Positions 24,545 to 36,910 of a stretch of 64,000 bases of DNA are shown here, one piece after another (the first letter of the stretch is position 1; each line of letters begins with the position of its first letter). The translations under genes were made by a program, and so were the position numbers. The notes under the pieces were generated by a model. The model saw only the letters and a list, made by a program, of their open reading frames with translations, was not told the DNA's origin and did no database searches. The DNA is taken from contig NC_057719.1 in the NCBI RefSeq assembly GCF_004010195.1, positions 4,950,818 to 5,014,817 on the forward strand, read 5' to 3'. This DNA is from Chiloscyllium plagiosum (taxonomy: Eukaryota).

Positions 24545-25350
24545 CTAGAGATGTACAGCACGAAAACAGACCCTTTGGTCCAACCTGTCCATGCCAACCA
24601 GATTCCCAAGACAATCTAGTCCAATTTGCCAGCACCTGCTCCATATCCCTCCAAGCCCTTCCTAATCATATACCCGTCCAGGTGCCTTTTAAATGTTGCA
24701 ATTGTACCAGCCTCCACCACTTCCTCTAGCAGCTCATTCCATACACATACCACCCTCTGTGTGAAAAAGTTGTCCCTTTTATATCTTTCCACACTCACCC
24801 TAAACCTATGCCCTCTAGTTCTGGACTCGCCCACCACAGGGAAAAGACTTTGTCTATTTATCCTATCCATGACCCTCATGATTTTATAAACCTTTTGAGG
24901 TCACCCCTCAGCCTTCGACGCTCCAGGGAAAACAGCCCCAGCCTATTCAACCTCTCCTTATAGCTCAAATCCTCCAACCCTGGCAACATCCTTGTAAATC
25001 TTTTCTGAACCCTTTCATGTTTCACAACCTCCTTCCAATAGGAAGGAGACCAGAATTGCACGCAATATTCCAACAGTGGCCGAACCAGTGTCCTGTACAG
25101 CTGCAACATGACCTCCCAACTCCTGTACTCAATACTCTGACCAATAAAGGAAAGCATACCAAATGCCTTCTTCACTATCCTATCTACCTGCGACTCCACT
25201 TTCAAGGAGCAATGAACCTGCACTCCAAGGTCTCTTTGTTCAGCAACACTCCCTAAGACCTTACCATTAAGTGTATAAGTCCTGCTCTGATTTGTTTTCC
25301 CAAAATGCAGCACCTTGCATTTATCAAAGTTAAATGCCATCAGCCACTCC
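24545..25350 (-). mobile_element. CR1 LINE 3' part
   Basis: ORF 24876..25433 FNFDKCKVLHFG...LYRTLVRPLLEYCVQFWSP. Confidence 0.93.
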
Positions 25351-26102
25351 TGTATTCTTTCACAGGACAAGGGTGACCAGGCTAGGCCTGCATTTATTGT
25401 CCATCCCTGACTGTTGTTGAGAGTCAGAGTCAATCACATTGCTGCTGGGTGTGGAGCACAGTTGACGATATTGGAAATGGGGCAGAGCTTTAGGAACTTT
25501 CTGATCCAGATTCCACTTGTCGGCAGACACCTGGCCATCCTCTTGGCTGTTTCCTGTGTGCTGGGAAGCTCCAGGCCAAAGGTGCCACCTGTCCTGACTG
25601 GCCTGAAGGAAAACTGCAGCTAGAGAGCCGCGGGGAGCACTGACCGCTCCAATGCAGCCAGTCCGTGGCGTTGCAGATCCAGTGCTGATGGAAAGACTGG
25701 GAGATGGGAGTGGCCGAGGTGAGCGAATGCTCAACAACTCTGGGTCAACAGTGACATAACCAAGAAATGAGATCAGAAAATGCTGGAAATACTCAGCACA
25801 TCTGGCTGGACTTCCAGTTTTTAATCTTCTGTAATGATCCTGTAAAATGTTACTTGGGACTGAGAGTTACAGCGCCACACCCCTCCCAGCTGTGAGCATC
25901 GCCCCAGAGGGAGTCGGGACTTAGCTGGGAAAGTCCAGCTCCATTGTTGATTGCTTTCCTCGGATTGCTGCAGTTCCACCACATCTGATGACATTACTGA
26001 GTACATTGAGTTGCTTGTTGTTTATTGGGTAGCTTACAGCCACAGGTCTTCCTCCCTTCTGGGACCAACCTCCAGTCTGTTGGCAATTAAATGGTCAATC
26101 AA

Positions 26103-26196
26103 GGAATCTGTGCCCCAGGAATGGGCAGTGCCTGGGGAATCTGTGCCCCAGGAATGGGCAGTGCCTGGGGAATCTGTGCCCCAGGAATGGGCAGTG
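26103..26196. repeat. Perfect 33-bp minisatellite, ~2.8 copies
   Basis: Unit ggaatctgtgccccaggaatgggcagtgcctgg. Confidence 0.95.
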
Positions 26197-26574
26197 TGCA
26201 GTGAACTGAAGAACCAGCCCTGTAATTCAGACCATCATACACTAAACCTGAAGGATCTAGATGTAATGGAGGTATATTCCTGACATTCTCTCAGTAATGC
26301 AGTGGATTCTGTTGCTAAAACAATGCACTAAATGTTCTCGACACAAATCTGTTCATATCTTTTGCTGTCAGGGAATGGGTGTGGGTGTATCCTGGGTTAA
26401 TTGGTGACCTAGATTCTTTCCATAATCAACCTGTAAAGAATTTTAAATACTGCATTGTTTCCAAGTTAATGATGATAGCTGACATAGCTTTGATGTATTT
26501 GCCTTAGCTCAAAGGTGACATTCTTGCCCAATTCAAAAGCTGATTGGTTCAAATCCCAGAGTCTTTAACTCAGC

Positions 26575-26892
26575 ATGGAATCCTCTACAGCATGCAAACA
26601 GGTCATTTGGTCCATCCAGGTCACACTGACCTTCTAACAGACCCACCCCCACCACCCTATCCCTGCATTTCCCATGGTGAATCACCTAATCTGCACACCT
26701 AACCTGGTTACTATGGGGCAATGTAGCATAGCCAATCCACCTAACCTGCGCATGTTTGGACTCTGGGAGGAAACCTACGCAAACACGGAGAATGTGCAAA
26801 CTCCACACAGACAGTCGCCCGAGGCTAGAATTGAACCGGGTACTTGGCACAGTGAGGTAGCAGTACTAACTGCTGAGCCACCATGCTGCCCA
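26575..26892 (-). mobile_element. HE1/V-SINE, diverged
   Basis: gaatgtgcaaactccacacagacagtc...gagccaccatgctgccc. Confidence 0.82.
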
Positions 26893-27054
26893 TAATCTAG
26901 GGTTTCATTTTGGCAGCAGGGCAATGAAGGAATAAGGAGTAGGGAGGGACGATGGATTTGGGGTCAAAGTGGGGCTGTGGGACTCTGTGCTGCTCAGATA
27001 GTCTCTTGAGCCTGTCTCTATTACAGCAGTGACAATACCTCAGCACAGTTTATT

Positions 27055-27235
27055 GTAGACAGGCAGGAGGCTGGAAGAACACAGCAAGCCAGGCAGCATC
27101 AGGAGGTGGAGATGTCTGACATTTCAGGTATAACCCTTCAGACTTCTCTTCCTCCTGATGCTCCCTGGCTTGCTGTGCACTTCCAGCCCTCTGCCTGTCT
27201 ACTTTGGAGTCCAACATCTGCAAGGTTTTTTTTGT
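27055..27235. mobile_element. Penelope-derived fold-back element, family C
   Basis: agacaggcaggaggctggaagaacacagcaagccagg arm and inverted ctggcttgctgtg..ttccagcc..ctgcctgtct arm; acagtttatt repeated on both flanks. Confidence 0.62.
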
Positions 27236-28544
27236 CTCAGTACAGTTTATTAGTTGTATTGCATTTGGGGCTATCCTGGGAGGTACTTTTATAAGTAAAA
27301 GGTGTTTTTACCCTTTGATAGGAACCATTATTATTCTATCAAAGAACACAGCAGCTGCTCAGGATGGCTTGGAGCGGAGTTATACTGCTGAACCTGCACA
27401 CACACACTCTGGTTTTGAGGGAACACTTTGATGCATTAACAAAGCAGGAATCTGGTTGGGCACAGAGAGGTGTTAATGAGGAATGTACTTATTAGTACAA
27501 AAGCAGAAATGCCAAATTTCAGAACGAATGCAACAGTTTCTAGAGGAGGTGGAGGAGGAAAGGGAGCTGGGAGGTTGACACATTTGATTCTGAAAGACTC
27601 AGGAGTTGCCATGGAGAAAGCACAGCCTCTCCAAGTTAACAGGAGTCTCACTGCAGGTGTCTGAGTTCAGAAGACGCATTCGTGATAAATGCAGTGCTCC
27701 AGTTTGCACCAGATACTTTTACATTTTAACTCCTACAAAGGGAAATAGTCCCAGGTGGAATTCCATCTCAACAATTACATTCATTACTCCATTACACAGC
27801 TTGCAGTGTTCATGTCGGCTTGGAACTACTTAACAGACCTGTTGATTTGAAAGGCAGCATCTCCACACTGCAGGATCTCTACACCCTGCAGGCTTCCTGC
27901 CTTTTGCCCAAAACGTCGATTTTTCTGCTCCTTGGATGCTGCCTGACCTGCTTTTCCAGCACCACTCTAATCCAGACTCTGGTTTCCAGCTTCTGCAGTC
28001 CTTGTTTTTACCCTGTTGATTTGATAGTTTGAGCACAGATTCATCTTTGTACTCCCTGGAGTGCAGTTGATTAATTGAAGGGCCCTCTTGTTGGCGCAGT
28101 GGTAGTGTCCCTGCCCCTAGACTGGGAAGCACAGGTTCAGGTCCCACCTACTCCAGAAGTCTGTAATAACATCCAATTAGGAAAAATATAGATGCTTAAT
28201 TGAGGTATTTTAAAATATTTCAAATAATAGGAGTTGAGAGGATGGGGCAATTTATTTCCGAACTGAGAGTCAATGGAGACAGGGATAGCAATGACGAGGT
28301 GTTGAATAATGGAGCAGGGTTGAGGGGATTGCTCCTGGTCTCTTACACATTCAACATTAAGTTCAAATTTCACAGTGCTTCACACTAAACAACTCTAACT
28401 GTAGAAAAATGACCATGTCATGCAAAGCCAATTGCTGTAGTAATCTCCTTTTTGGAGAAGGCAACTTACTATCCTGACCTGGTCAGGGATATCTTTGTCT
28501 GGCTCCAGTCCCACAGGGATATGGTTGACTCCTAACTGAAGTGG

Positions 28545-28790
28545 GCAAAAGTGAGGACTGCAGATGCTGGAGATGAGAGTCTAGATTAGAGTGGCGCTGG
28601 AAAAGCGCAGCAGGTCAGGCAGCATCCGAGGAGCAGGAAAATCTTTTGTGGCCTAACCAATCTCCTGGGCAAAAGTGAGGACTGAAGATGCTGGAGATCA
28701 GAGTCTAGATTAGAGTAGTGCTGGAAAAGCACATCCTCGGATGCTGCCTGACCTGCTGTGCTTTTTCATAACTATTCTAAGCTAGACTCT
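28545..28790. mobile_element. Family B elements, tandem plus inverted arms
   Basis: gggcaaaagtgaggactgcagatgctggagat..agagtctagattagagt twice, then inverted cctcggatgctgcctgacctgctg. Confidence 0.65.
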
Positions 28791-29899
28791 TGTCTCCTAA
28801 CTGAAATGACCTTGTAAAACACTGACTTACATTTAAACCACGAGAAAGGATGTGTTGGTTGGATGTTGAGTTTAAGGCAGGTTGCAGGTTCTCAAACTCA
28901 GCAGGAAATGGTACTTCAGACATGAATCAAAGGCTGCCCTTGACCTTTTACTGCAAGATACACATGTTGTTTGACCTCTGCAGGAAAGTCCTCGAGTGCC
29001 AAGTCTCCTCGACTTTGATAGCAGTCACGTTGATACATTTCCTTTTATGACCGCTTATCATAAGCTCTTAACTACATGCCAACAATAATGTTAATTTATC
29101 CCACATTGGTCATTAACGTAAACCTTGCTTAAACGTGAACTCCCATTCTTAATGTCCTTTTGGATAGTGCACAAGGTACAGATCCCAGTCTGCAGCAACC
29201 CCAACTCTCCGTGAATTTGAAAACTGATTTCGGAGATTATTTGACAGGCTCATCCTCTAACATCGAAACACTTCCTCTCCTTCGTTCGAAGGCCAAATAA
29301 GTCAGCTGACCAAACTGTGTTTATTTTTATTTCATGGAGAGGGTTAAAAGTGAATCTGGTTGTGGTTTCTTTGGCAGGATGGGAGCCCATTGTCAGTTTG
29401 GAGTGTTTTTACTGTGAGGCACCTCGGTGGGATAGTGAATGTTTGTTAGTTTAACATTAGCTCCACTCTTTTATTTTAGTAAACATTGGATTTAAGAGCA
29501 ATAGTGGGAATGTTTTCATCAGCCTGTTTTTAACCTGCTGGAATTACAACTTCCTCTGACCGTAAATATAGAACAGTTCAACAATAGACTACAGTTTCTG
29601 GGTATGTCTGGTTTATGGTTTTAAAAGTGTCTTCTTTACTTTTTTTTGTTTGAGGATTCATGGCCGATTACAAATCTCCCTTTTCTTGTGTAGTGTACAG
29701 GCCAATGCCCACCCTGTTTGAGCCTTAACAGTTTTTCCTATAGTTCGTAGAAACATAGAAGATAGGAGCAGGAGTAGGCTATTTGGCCCATCGAGCCTGT
29801 TCCGCCATTCAGTACAATCATAGCTGATTGTCCAGTTCAGTTCCCAGATTTTCCCCATCCCCTTTGATCTCTTTAGCGCGAAGAACTACATCCAACTTA

Positions 29900-30253
29900 G
29901 AATCATTTGAATTCTTACAGTGTGGAAACAGGCCATTCAGCCCATCAAGTACACATCAACCTTCCAAAGAGCAACCCATCTAGACCTTAGCCCCCTACCC
30001 TTTCCCTGTAACCTGCATTTCCCATGGCTAATCCATCCAGCCTGCATATCCCTGGACACTGTGCAATTTAACATGGCCAATCCACCCTCATCTTTGCACT
30101 TTGGGAGGAAACTGGAACATCTGGAGGAAGCTCAGGCAGACACACACGGAGAATGTGCAAATTCCACATGGGCAGTCACCCAAAGGTGGGGTTAAACCTG
30201 GATCCCTGACATTGTGAAGGAGCAATGCCAACCACTCAGCCACCGTGCCACCC
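29900..30253 (-). mobile_element. HE1/V-SINE inserted in an old CR1 tail
   Basis: cagtgtggaaacaggccattcagccc ... agccaccgtgccaccc. Confidence 0.82.
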
Positions 30254-31325
30254 AGTTCTTCACGAAATTATTCCATGATTTGGCCTCAACTGCTTTCTGT
30301 GAAAGAAAATTCCACAGGCTCACCATTCTCTGGGTGAAATTTCTCTTCATCCCAGTCCTAAATGGACTCCTTGATTATCAGGAACATCCTTTCCACATCT
30401 CCCCTGTCTAGTCCAGTTAGGTTTCTATGATTCCTGAACTGCACTGAATATAACGCTAACTGAAACAAAAACAGAAGTTGCTGGAGAAACTCTGCAGGTC
30501 TGGCAGCGTTTGTAAGAAGAAAGCAGAGTTCACATTTTAAAACAGGATTCTGATGAAGAGTTACCTAACAGATCCAGTCTGTCCTGATGTGTCAGTCCTG
30601 CTATCTCAGGAACCAGTCTGATTTGTGCTCACAGCACACAAACTAGCCATTCATCCCAACAGCTCTGTCAGTGTATAGGTTCCACATGAACCTTCCCACC
30701 CCTCTTTTCATCTTTCCTCATCAGTGTACCCTTCTCTTCCTTATTTGCTTATCAAGCTTCTCCTTCAATGCACACATCCTTGGGTGGAAGGAGGTAGTGC
30801 AGGGAAGGTGTTCAGGTAGAAAATCAGCTAGGATCTGATGGAGCCAACTCGATGGGCCGAAGGGCCTACTCGCCCTCTGTTCCTAAGTAACATGTTCCAC
30901 AATCTGACCACTGAGTAAAGAATTGGATGTGTTTGTGACTATTTTATATTTATGCCTCTTAGTTTTAGACCTACCTGAGAGTGGAAATATCTCCACTGTT
31001 ATCCAAACTAATCATTTCCTCATCTTAAGAACTTCCAACAGTTCGCATCTCAATCTCCTTTTTTCTCGCAAGGAGGGAAAAAAAGCCCAGCGTGCTTAAT
31101 CTTTACTCATTCATGTACTTTCCAATTCTAGTGCTTCAGCACATGTTTTGCACCTTCTCCAGTGCCTCCTTATTCTCTGGATAATTTGCAGACTGAAGCT
31201 GTGAGCACTGTTCCCAACACGGTCAAATCCAGATTCTGTACAAACATAACTTGCATTTCTATAGCAACTTTGTGACTACACTATGCCCCAAAGCACTTTA
31301 CAGCCAATGAATTGCTTTTCAAACA

Positions 31326-31605
31326 GGGTGGCATGGTGGCTCAGTGGTTAGCACCTCTGCCTCACAGCGCCAGGGACCCGGTTCGGTTCCAGCCTCTGGC
31401 GACTGGCTGTGTGGAATTTGCACGTTCTCCCAGTGTCTGCGTGGGTTTCCTCCCACAGTCCAAAGATGTGCAGGTCAGGTGAATTGGCCATAGTGTTAGG
31501 TGTTTTAGTCAGATAAATGTAGGGGAATAAGCCTGGGTGGGTTACTCCTCAGAGTCGGTGTGGATTTGTTAGGCCGAAGGGCCTTTTTCCACACTATGGA
31601 CTCTG
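31326..31605 (+). mobile_element. HE1/V-SINE
   Basis: A box tggctcagtgg, V-domain, tail. Confidence 0.88.
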
Positions 31606-32074
31606 AGACCAGATAATCTCGTTTGTGTGAACCTAACCGGGGGATAAATATTGGTCTGGACACTGAGGATAATTTTAGTTTCTTTTCCTCCTTTGAACAT
31701 TTAGTTCTTATCTATCCACCAGTGAGAACAGATGGGCCTCCCCACTTTAACTCCTCACCTGAAGGTTGACATGTCCAACAGTGGAGCACACCCTCAGTAC
31801 TGTAACTGGAGTATCAGCCTAGGTTTTAGTGTTTGGATGCCTTTCAAGATCATTTCTTTCACAGTTTACAGGCTTCCTAATCATATAATGTCCCACCCCA
31901 TTAATTAGCTTTCACAGCCAATTTCAGTGAAGTGAAATCGACCTGGCAATGAAATCAACCTGGCCCATTTAATCTCCTCTTGCAACCAGTTTCCTCTCAT
32001 GGGCTTTAAAGCCATCCCATTAATCTTCTTGGGCGTTCTGCATAAAAAATAAAAATTGAGCCGCCAAAGTTAAT

Positions 32075-32365
32075 CATGTCAACAGTTGCACTCTGAATTG
32101 AAGGGTTGTGCATCCAAATCCCACTCTCGGGACTTGAGCACATAATTCAGTCAGACGTTCCAATGCATTGGTTGGGAGGTGCTGCACTGTTGAGGATGCT
32201 TACCTCTCGACTGGGACATTAGACCGATTCTGTGTCTGACCCCTCAGCTGGAAATGTACGATCGTGTGGCAGTATTTTGAAGGAGAGTTGGTGAATTCTT
32301 ACTGGTATTGGTACCAGTTTCTATCTCTTACTGACAGCAGCAAATAGAGACTAACTGGTCATTGC
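32075..32365 (+). mobile_element. DeuSINE (SacSINE1/AmnSINE1-like) remnant
   Basis: gggaggtgctgcactgttgagg...acccctcagctgga...gtggcagtattttgaaggagag resembles the recalled Deu central domain; other copies near 32690, 45170, 31620(-), 19900(-). Confidence 0.6.
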
Positions 32366-33227
32366 CTCTGTGCACAGTGAGATCCCACAATAATGAAATA
32401 AAAGATCATTTACTCAGTTTTCTAAACAGCCCCAAACATCCACATCAGGCAATAACTAGGTACTTTAATGAGGGTGAAGGGCTTATGCTCGCAACGTCAC
32501 TCCTCTGCTCATCGGATGCTGCCTGACTGGCTGTGCTTTTCCAACACCACAATGTTTGACCCTTAGTTTAATGACTTGTGTGAAAGACCAGTATTGGCTG
32601 GAATTCAGCCCTTTTTATGTTTCTCAAAGGACATGAACCCACCACATCAAGATGTGGTCTGGAGGCAGTGGGGTTAGAGGGTTTAAGTGTTAACCAGAGC
32701 TCAGGTGCGAGTTCACTTTCAGATGGGATATTAAACTGTTGCCCTGTTTGTCCCCTCAGTTGGATATTAGCCATCTTGTGGCACTGTTAAAAGAAGCTCA
32801 GGGATTTCTTCCTTGTGTCCTTGCCAATATTTATTCCTACATCGCAAAACGTCATTATCCACTGTTTGTGAGAGTTGGCTGCTTCATGTCCTACAGTACA
32901 ACACTTGACTGTGTTTCAAAACTACGTAATGGGTTGTTGTTAGATACAGAATCTGCAAAAGCTGTAGTGAAAGCAGGTACCATTTTTTTGAACCAGCTGT
33001 ACCTCAGCTAATATCCAGTGAGCCAGAAATGTGTTACAAACCCCACCTAAATCTCAATTCGCTGGGCAGTAACCGAGATTAAAATTTTGGTGTATTTTAT
33101 TAAGCTGGTTATTTTTACAAATCTAAGAATGAATAACTTTGCAACAGGAGATCATGTGGTGCAGTACTGTCTCAAATACACACATACATATACACACACA
33201 TACATATACACACAGATATGCACACAC

Positions 33228-33412
33228 ACATCATTCTGCTATAACGTGAGTTTCGTTAATGTGATACGATTGACGAATTGGGGACACTGTTTCTATAATG
33301 CGAGCTTTTAAAGAGTGTGTTGGTTATAATGTGATTCCAGCTGCTATCTCTCAATTTTCTTATAACACAGGGTTGCACAAGAACAGAACTACTGCATTAT
33401 AGCCGGACTGAT
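33228..33412. mobile_element. Probable Tc1/mariner-Tigger type MITE
   Basis: Imperfect terminal inverted repeats ttctgctataacg / cattatagccgga and internal tataa(c/t)g repeats. Confidence 0.45.
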
Positions 33413-33482
33413 TAATACACCTATACATATTGTTTGGGAAGTCGTTCATACTAAAACTTCCTTCCATTTAAATTTGCTACAG

Positions 33483-33541
33483 GAAAGAGTATGGATGAAA
33501 TGAAGAAGGTGTTGTTACTGATGCTGGGATGTGCTGTACAG
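33483..33541 (+). CDS. CCDC88C: CCDC88C exon ~5: (G)KSMDEMKKVLLLMLGCAVQ
   Basis: tttgctacag acceptor, CAG|gtaaat donor, 59 bp, phase fits previous exon; LLL.LGCAVQ Hook-family motif; KSM..KKVLLL is Daple-type. Confidence 0.95.
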
Positions 33542-34520
33542 GTAAATAGTGATGCCTCATGCTAACAAACTAGCAAAGAGATGAAATGTAGCTTTCTGTC
33601 CAGGGTGTTCTCTTTAATTCAAAAGTGAACTTTTCAAGAAGGGTACCTTGCACCTGCAGTTTGTAATTTCTTGTGTTGAATCTTTAGCTTCATTGTGAAG
33701 AGTACAAGAAATGGGAAGGTGGAATGCTCTTTGTTTCTCATCTATTAGCAATCCCAAAAAAATAGTGTGGAGGAGCCTAAATCAGAAAGCTGCTTACTGT
33801 TGGAAAACTGTTGTACATGAGCTGGGCAACTCTGTGTAGCTTCCTATTATGTCGCAGCAACATCCATGTTTCTGTAAGCACCTCTAGTTCAGTTTCAGAA
33901 AGTGGCATTGAACCATGGGATCTGAGTGTGTTGGCAGCAGAGGATGCCATTCCACCCACTTTGTCTGTTCCTTCCCCTTGGTGCTTTATGGCACTCGTTT
34001 CAGTAATGGAACAGAACTGGCTGGAATGGTATATCCAAGCAGGCAAACCAGACCTGGTCACACTCAGACAATGGGCAGGACCCTCACTGACTGCTGGAGA
34101 GGAATCTGTTCCACTGAACTGCCATCTCTCTCTTTTTCAATTGGATCCCACGATACAATGCAGTAAGGGAAGGTCAGGTGCAAAGGAGCTATGTGATAGA
34201 TCAGGCAAAAAGCACCACATTTTTTGATTCTGATCTCCAACATCTGCAGTCTTCACTTTCTCCCCCGGTAAGTCAGGCAGTCAGACAGGATATTGGGAGG
34301 AGTTCAACTGACTGACGTCAAATCAATTGGCACATCTCAGAAAGCTGAAAGGAATCTTCTTCTTGTGTTTGTGAACAGTTACTGATCGTGAATATAATAC
34401 CTGTGCCCTAGCTCCATTTTATTTATGTTAAATGTTTGAAATGCTGATGTATATTCAAAGTACAATTTGAATCTATGTTCTGCTTCTTCACTGCCACCAC
34501 GACCTCAACCCTGATCCCAG

Positions 34521-34604
34521 TGTGAACGGAAGGAAGAATTCATTGAAAGAATCAAGCAACTTGACATTACAACTCAGACAGCCATTGTTACTCACATCCA
34601 AGAG
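34521..34604 (+). CDS. CCDC88C: CCDC88C exon ~6: [28 protein letters not shown]
   Basis: cccag acceptor, GAG|gtaagt donor, 84 bp; near-identical to recalled Daple [15 protein letters not shown]. Confidence 0.96.
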
Positions 34605-35644
34605 GTAAGTGCATCTAAATGGTTCTCATTGCTGTCTGTAACAGACAAGTGGATCATGCAGAATGCAAGGTTGTGAGTGGACGTGCTAGATGGACTCCTT
34701 GTTCTGATGTAAAGAAACTTAATTCTTAGACTTTGGCCATCACTAGCAAGGCTGGGAATTAATGCCCATCCTTTCATGCTCTGTGATGATGTGACACCTT
34801 CCTGAACCAATAGCACATCTGTTATACTTGGTTGTGGCTGCAACTCCTGGCTGGTTGTGTCTCCTACGTTGCAACAGTAGCTACATTTTAAAAATATTTA
34901 ATTAAATGTGAGACAATTTGAGATCTCCATTGGTCATGAAAGGACAGTGTTGACACATACCTGTCTTCCCAAGCACTGCTGTGTGGCCTCTTCCTTATCT
35001 TTGTGTTGTTGTTCATAATGTTTCTCCAATTTCCCAATGCTTTCTCATTAGTGGGACAGCAAGTCTCTGTTCATGTGTTAAAACTGGAAGATATTGAACT
35101 GTTTGGACACTTTGTGGTTTAATGTTTTACCAGTGGCTTTGGAAAAGCAACCAAGCACTGCTTTTAGGGAGATGGGATAGAGGACCTATTGCCTTTTGCC
35201 TTGCTGGAGTGCCTAGTTGAAAGAGATTAGGGGGCCCTGTCCTAATAATTGCCAAGCAACTTTTTTTTTTCTGGTCTTAATTTCTGTGTAACCAAACCGA
35301 GGGAGATAGAGGGAGAAAAATCTCTAAAGCTTGTTGGAAAGGGAACTCTGCCTGTGTGTGTGTGTGTGTCTCCCTCTCTCCGTCTCTGTCTCTCCACCCT
35401 TTTTGTTTTTCAGCTCATTGGCCAGTAAAGGTTTCTTAGCGGTTTAAAGCATATTTAGTTCAAATTCCTGATTATACCTTAGATTTTAACCAGTTTTGCA
35501 ATTTGTTTTAACAGTTTTATAACAAAGGGGTTAATTTTTGAGTTTATTAAAGGAACCAGTGAAAGTCTCTTTTATTCTGGGCGCAGTACATAAGGGAAAC
35601 AATTGGCCATTTTGGTGTTTAAGTCAAAACATTTATGCGCATGG

Positions 35645-35856
35645 CTGGGGATTGGTTAGCTCAGTCGGTCAGACAGCCAATTTGCAATGCAGAGTGGCGC
35701 TAAAAGGGTGGGTTATATTCCCGTATGGGCTGCAGTTAATATGAAGGATTCTCCCCTGACCTGAGACATGGTGACTGTCACGTTAAACCACCACCAGTCT
35801 TCTCTGTCTGGGAGGGCAACCTATGGTCCGGTAGGGCTATGGTAACTTTACCTTTT
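35645..35856 (+). mobile_element. tRNA-derived SINE, third family
   Basis: A-box tagctcagtcgg; tail ggtgac..tcacgttaaaccaccaccag; reverse copies near 10910-11040 and 19640-19815. Confidence 0.6.
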
Positions 35857-36799
35857 ACTGATTGAGTAAAGGGGTTTGATTACCACCATCACAGTCACAA
35901 CCTTCTTCTTTGTATTTGTGTTGACCTTTTTAGTGATTAACATGTACCTCCGTGACAAGAGAATATGTCCTCTGCCCAGAGTGATGAGTTTAACTTTCAC
36001 TTTCTATCCCCCAGCATCTCAGCTGCAAAGTTTCAACCATTTCAGTTCACTCTGAATATATCTAGAAACAGCAAAGGCCATGGATACTGCAAAAGCTGAC
36101 AGTTGGTGACTTGTCCACCAGAACTAACTGCACTCCAAGCCACGACTTCTGGAGGAAGAATGCCTTATCACCTTGGGACCGTCCAATCACACGGCACCAA
36201 TGTCAATTTCACCAGTTTCCTCATTTCCCCTCGCCCCACCTCATCCCACGTCTGACTCTCTGGTTTTGTTTCAGATTTCCAGCATCCGCAGTTCTTTGTC
36301 TCATTGTATTAGCGATACATCAAACAGTTTTTTGAAGGCAGTCCAAATCCTGCATCAATCTGTAGATGAGTAGACGTTTAACACACCACACCCATGAATT
36401 ACTTTATGCATCATGTTAAAACTGTTTATACAGCAATGTTATCATTGTGCAAGTTTTCAAGAGTATTTTACATTTTTAACAGAAAATAGTGGGATAGATT
36501 CCTATGTCAGAGGCTTGTCACTGAATGTGGGTCTCCGAGAGACTGGTGTCTCTGAGTGTGTTCAGACTACAGTGGTAGCTAATCATGATGGTATTTCCAT
36601 TATACCCCTGCTCTACCTTACTCTTATTTCTCAGCAACACCTTCACGAGTGAATCAGTAGAAGAGTTGCTGGCCACAATACATACAAAAGCTCCTCCTCC
36701 TGAATCTGCCCTCTGACAGGCCTGCAGCTGCATTGAGGTGGGTTGGGAACTGATAACACCACTCCGCCACCCTCCCCCTCCCCCACCACCACCACCACC

Positions 36800-36910
36800 A
36801 CATTCCTGATGAAGGGCCTATGCCTGAAAGTTGACTCTCCTCCTTAGATGCTGCCTGACTGGCTGTGCTTTTCCAGCAACTCCCTTTCTGACTCTGCGCT
36901 CTTATCCAGT
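36800..36910 (+). mobile_element. Family B element with hammerhead core
   Basis: CTGATGA(36806)-agggcctatgcct-GAAA(36826) then gatgctgcctgactggctgtgcttttccagc. Confidence 0.65.

Noticed and set aside
26103..26196. CRISPR-like array (33-bp palindromic repeat)
   Set aside because: Repeats are head-to-tail with no spacers, there are no cas genes, and the context is a vertebrate intron.
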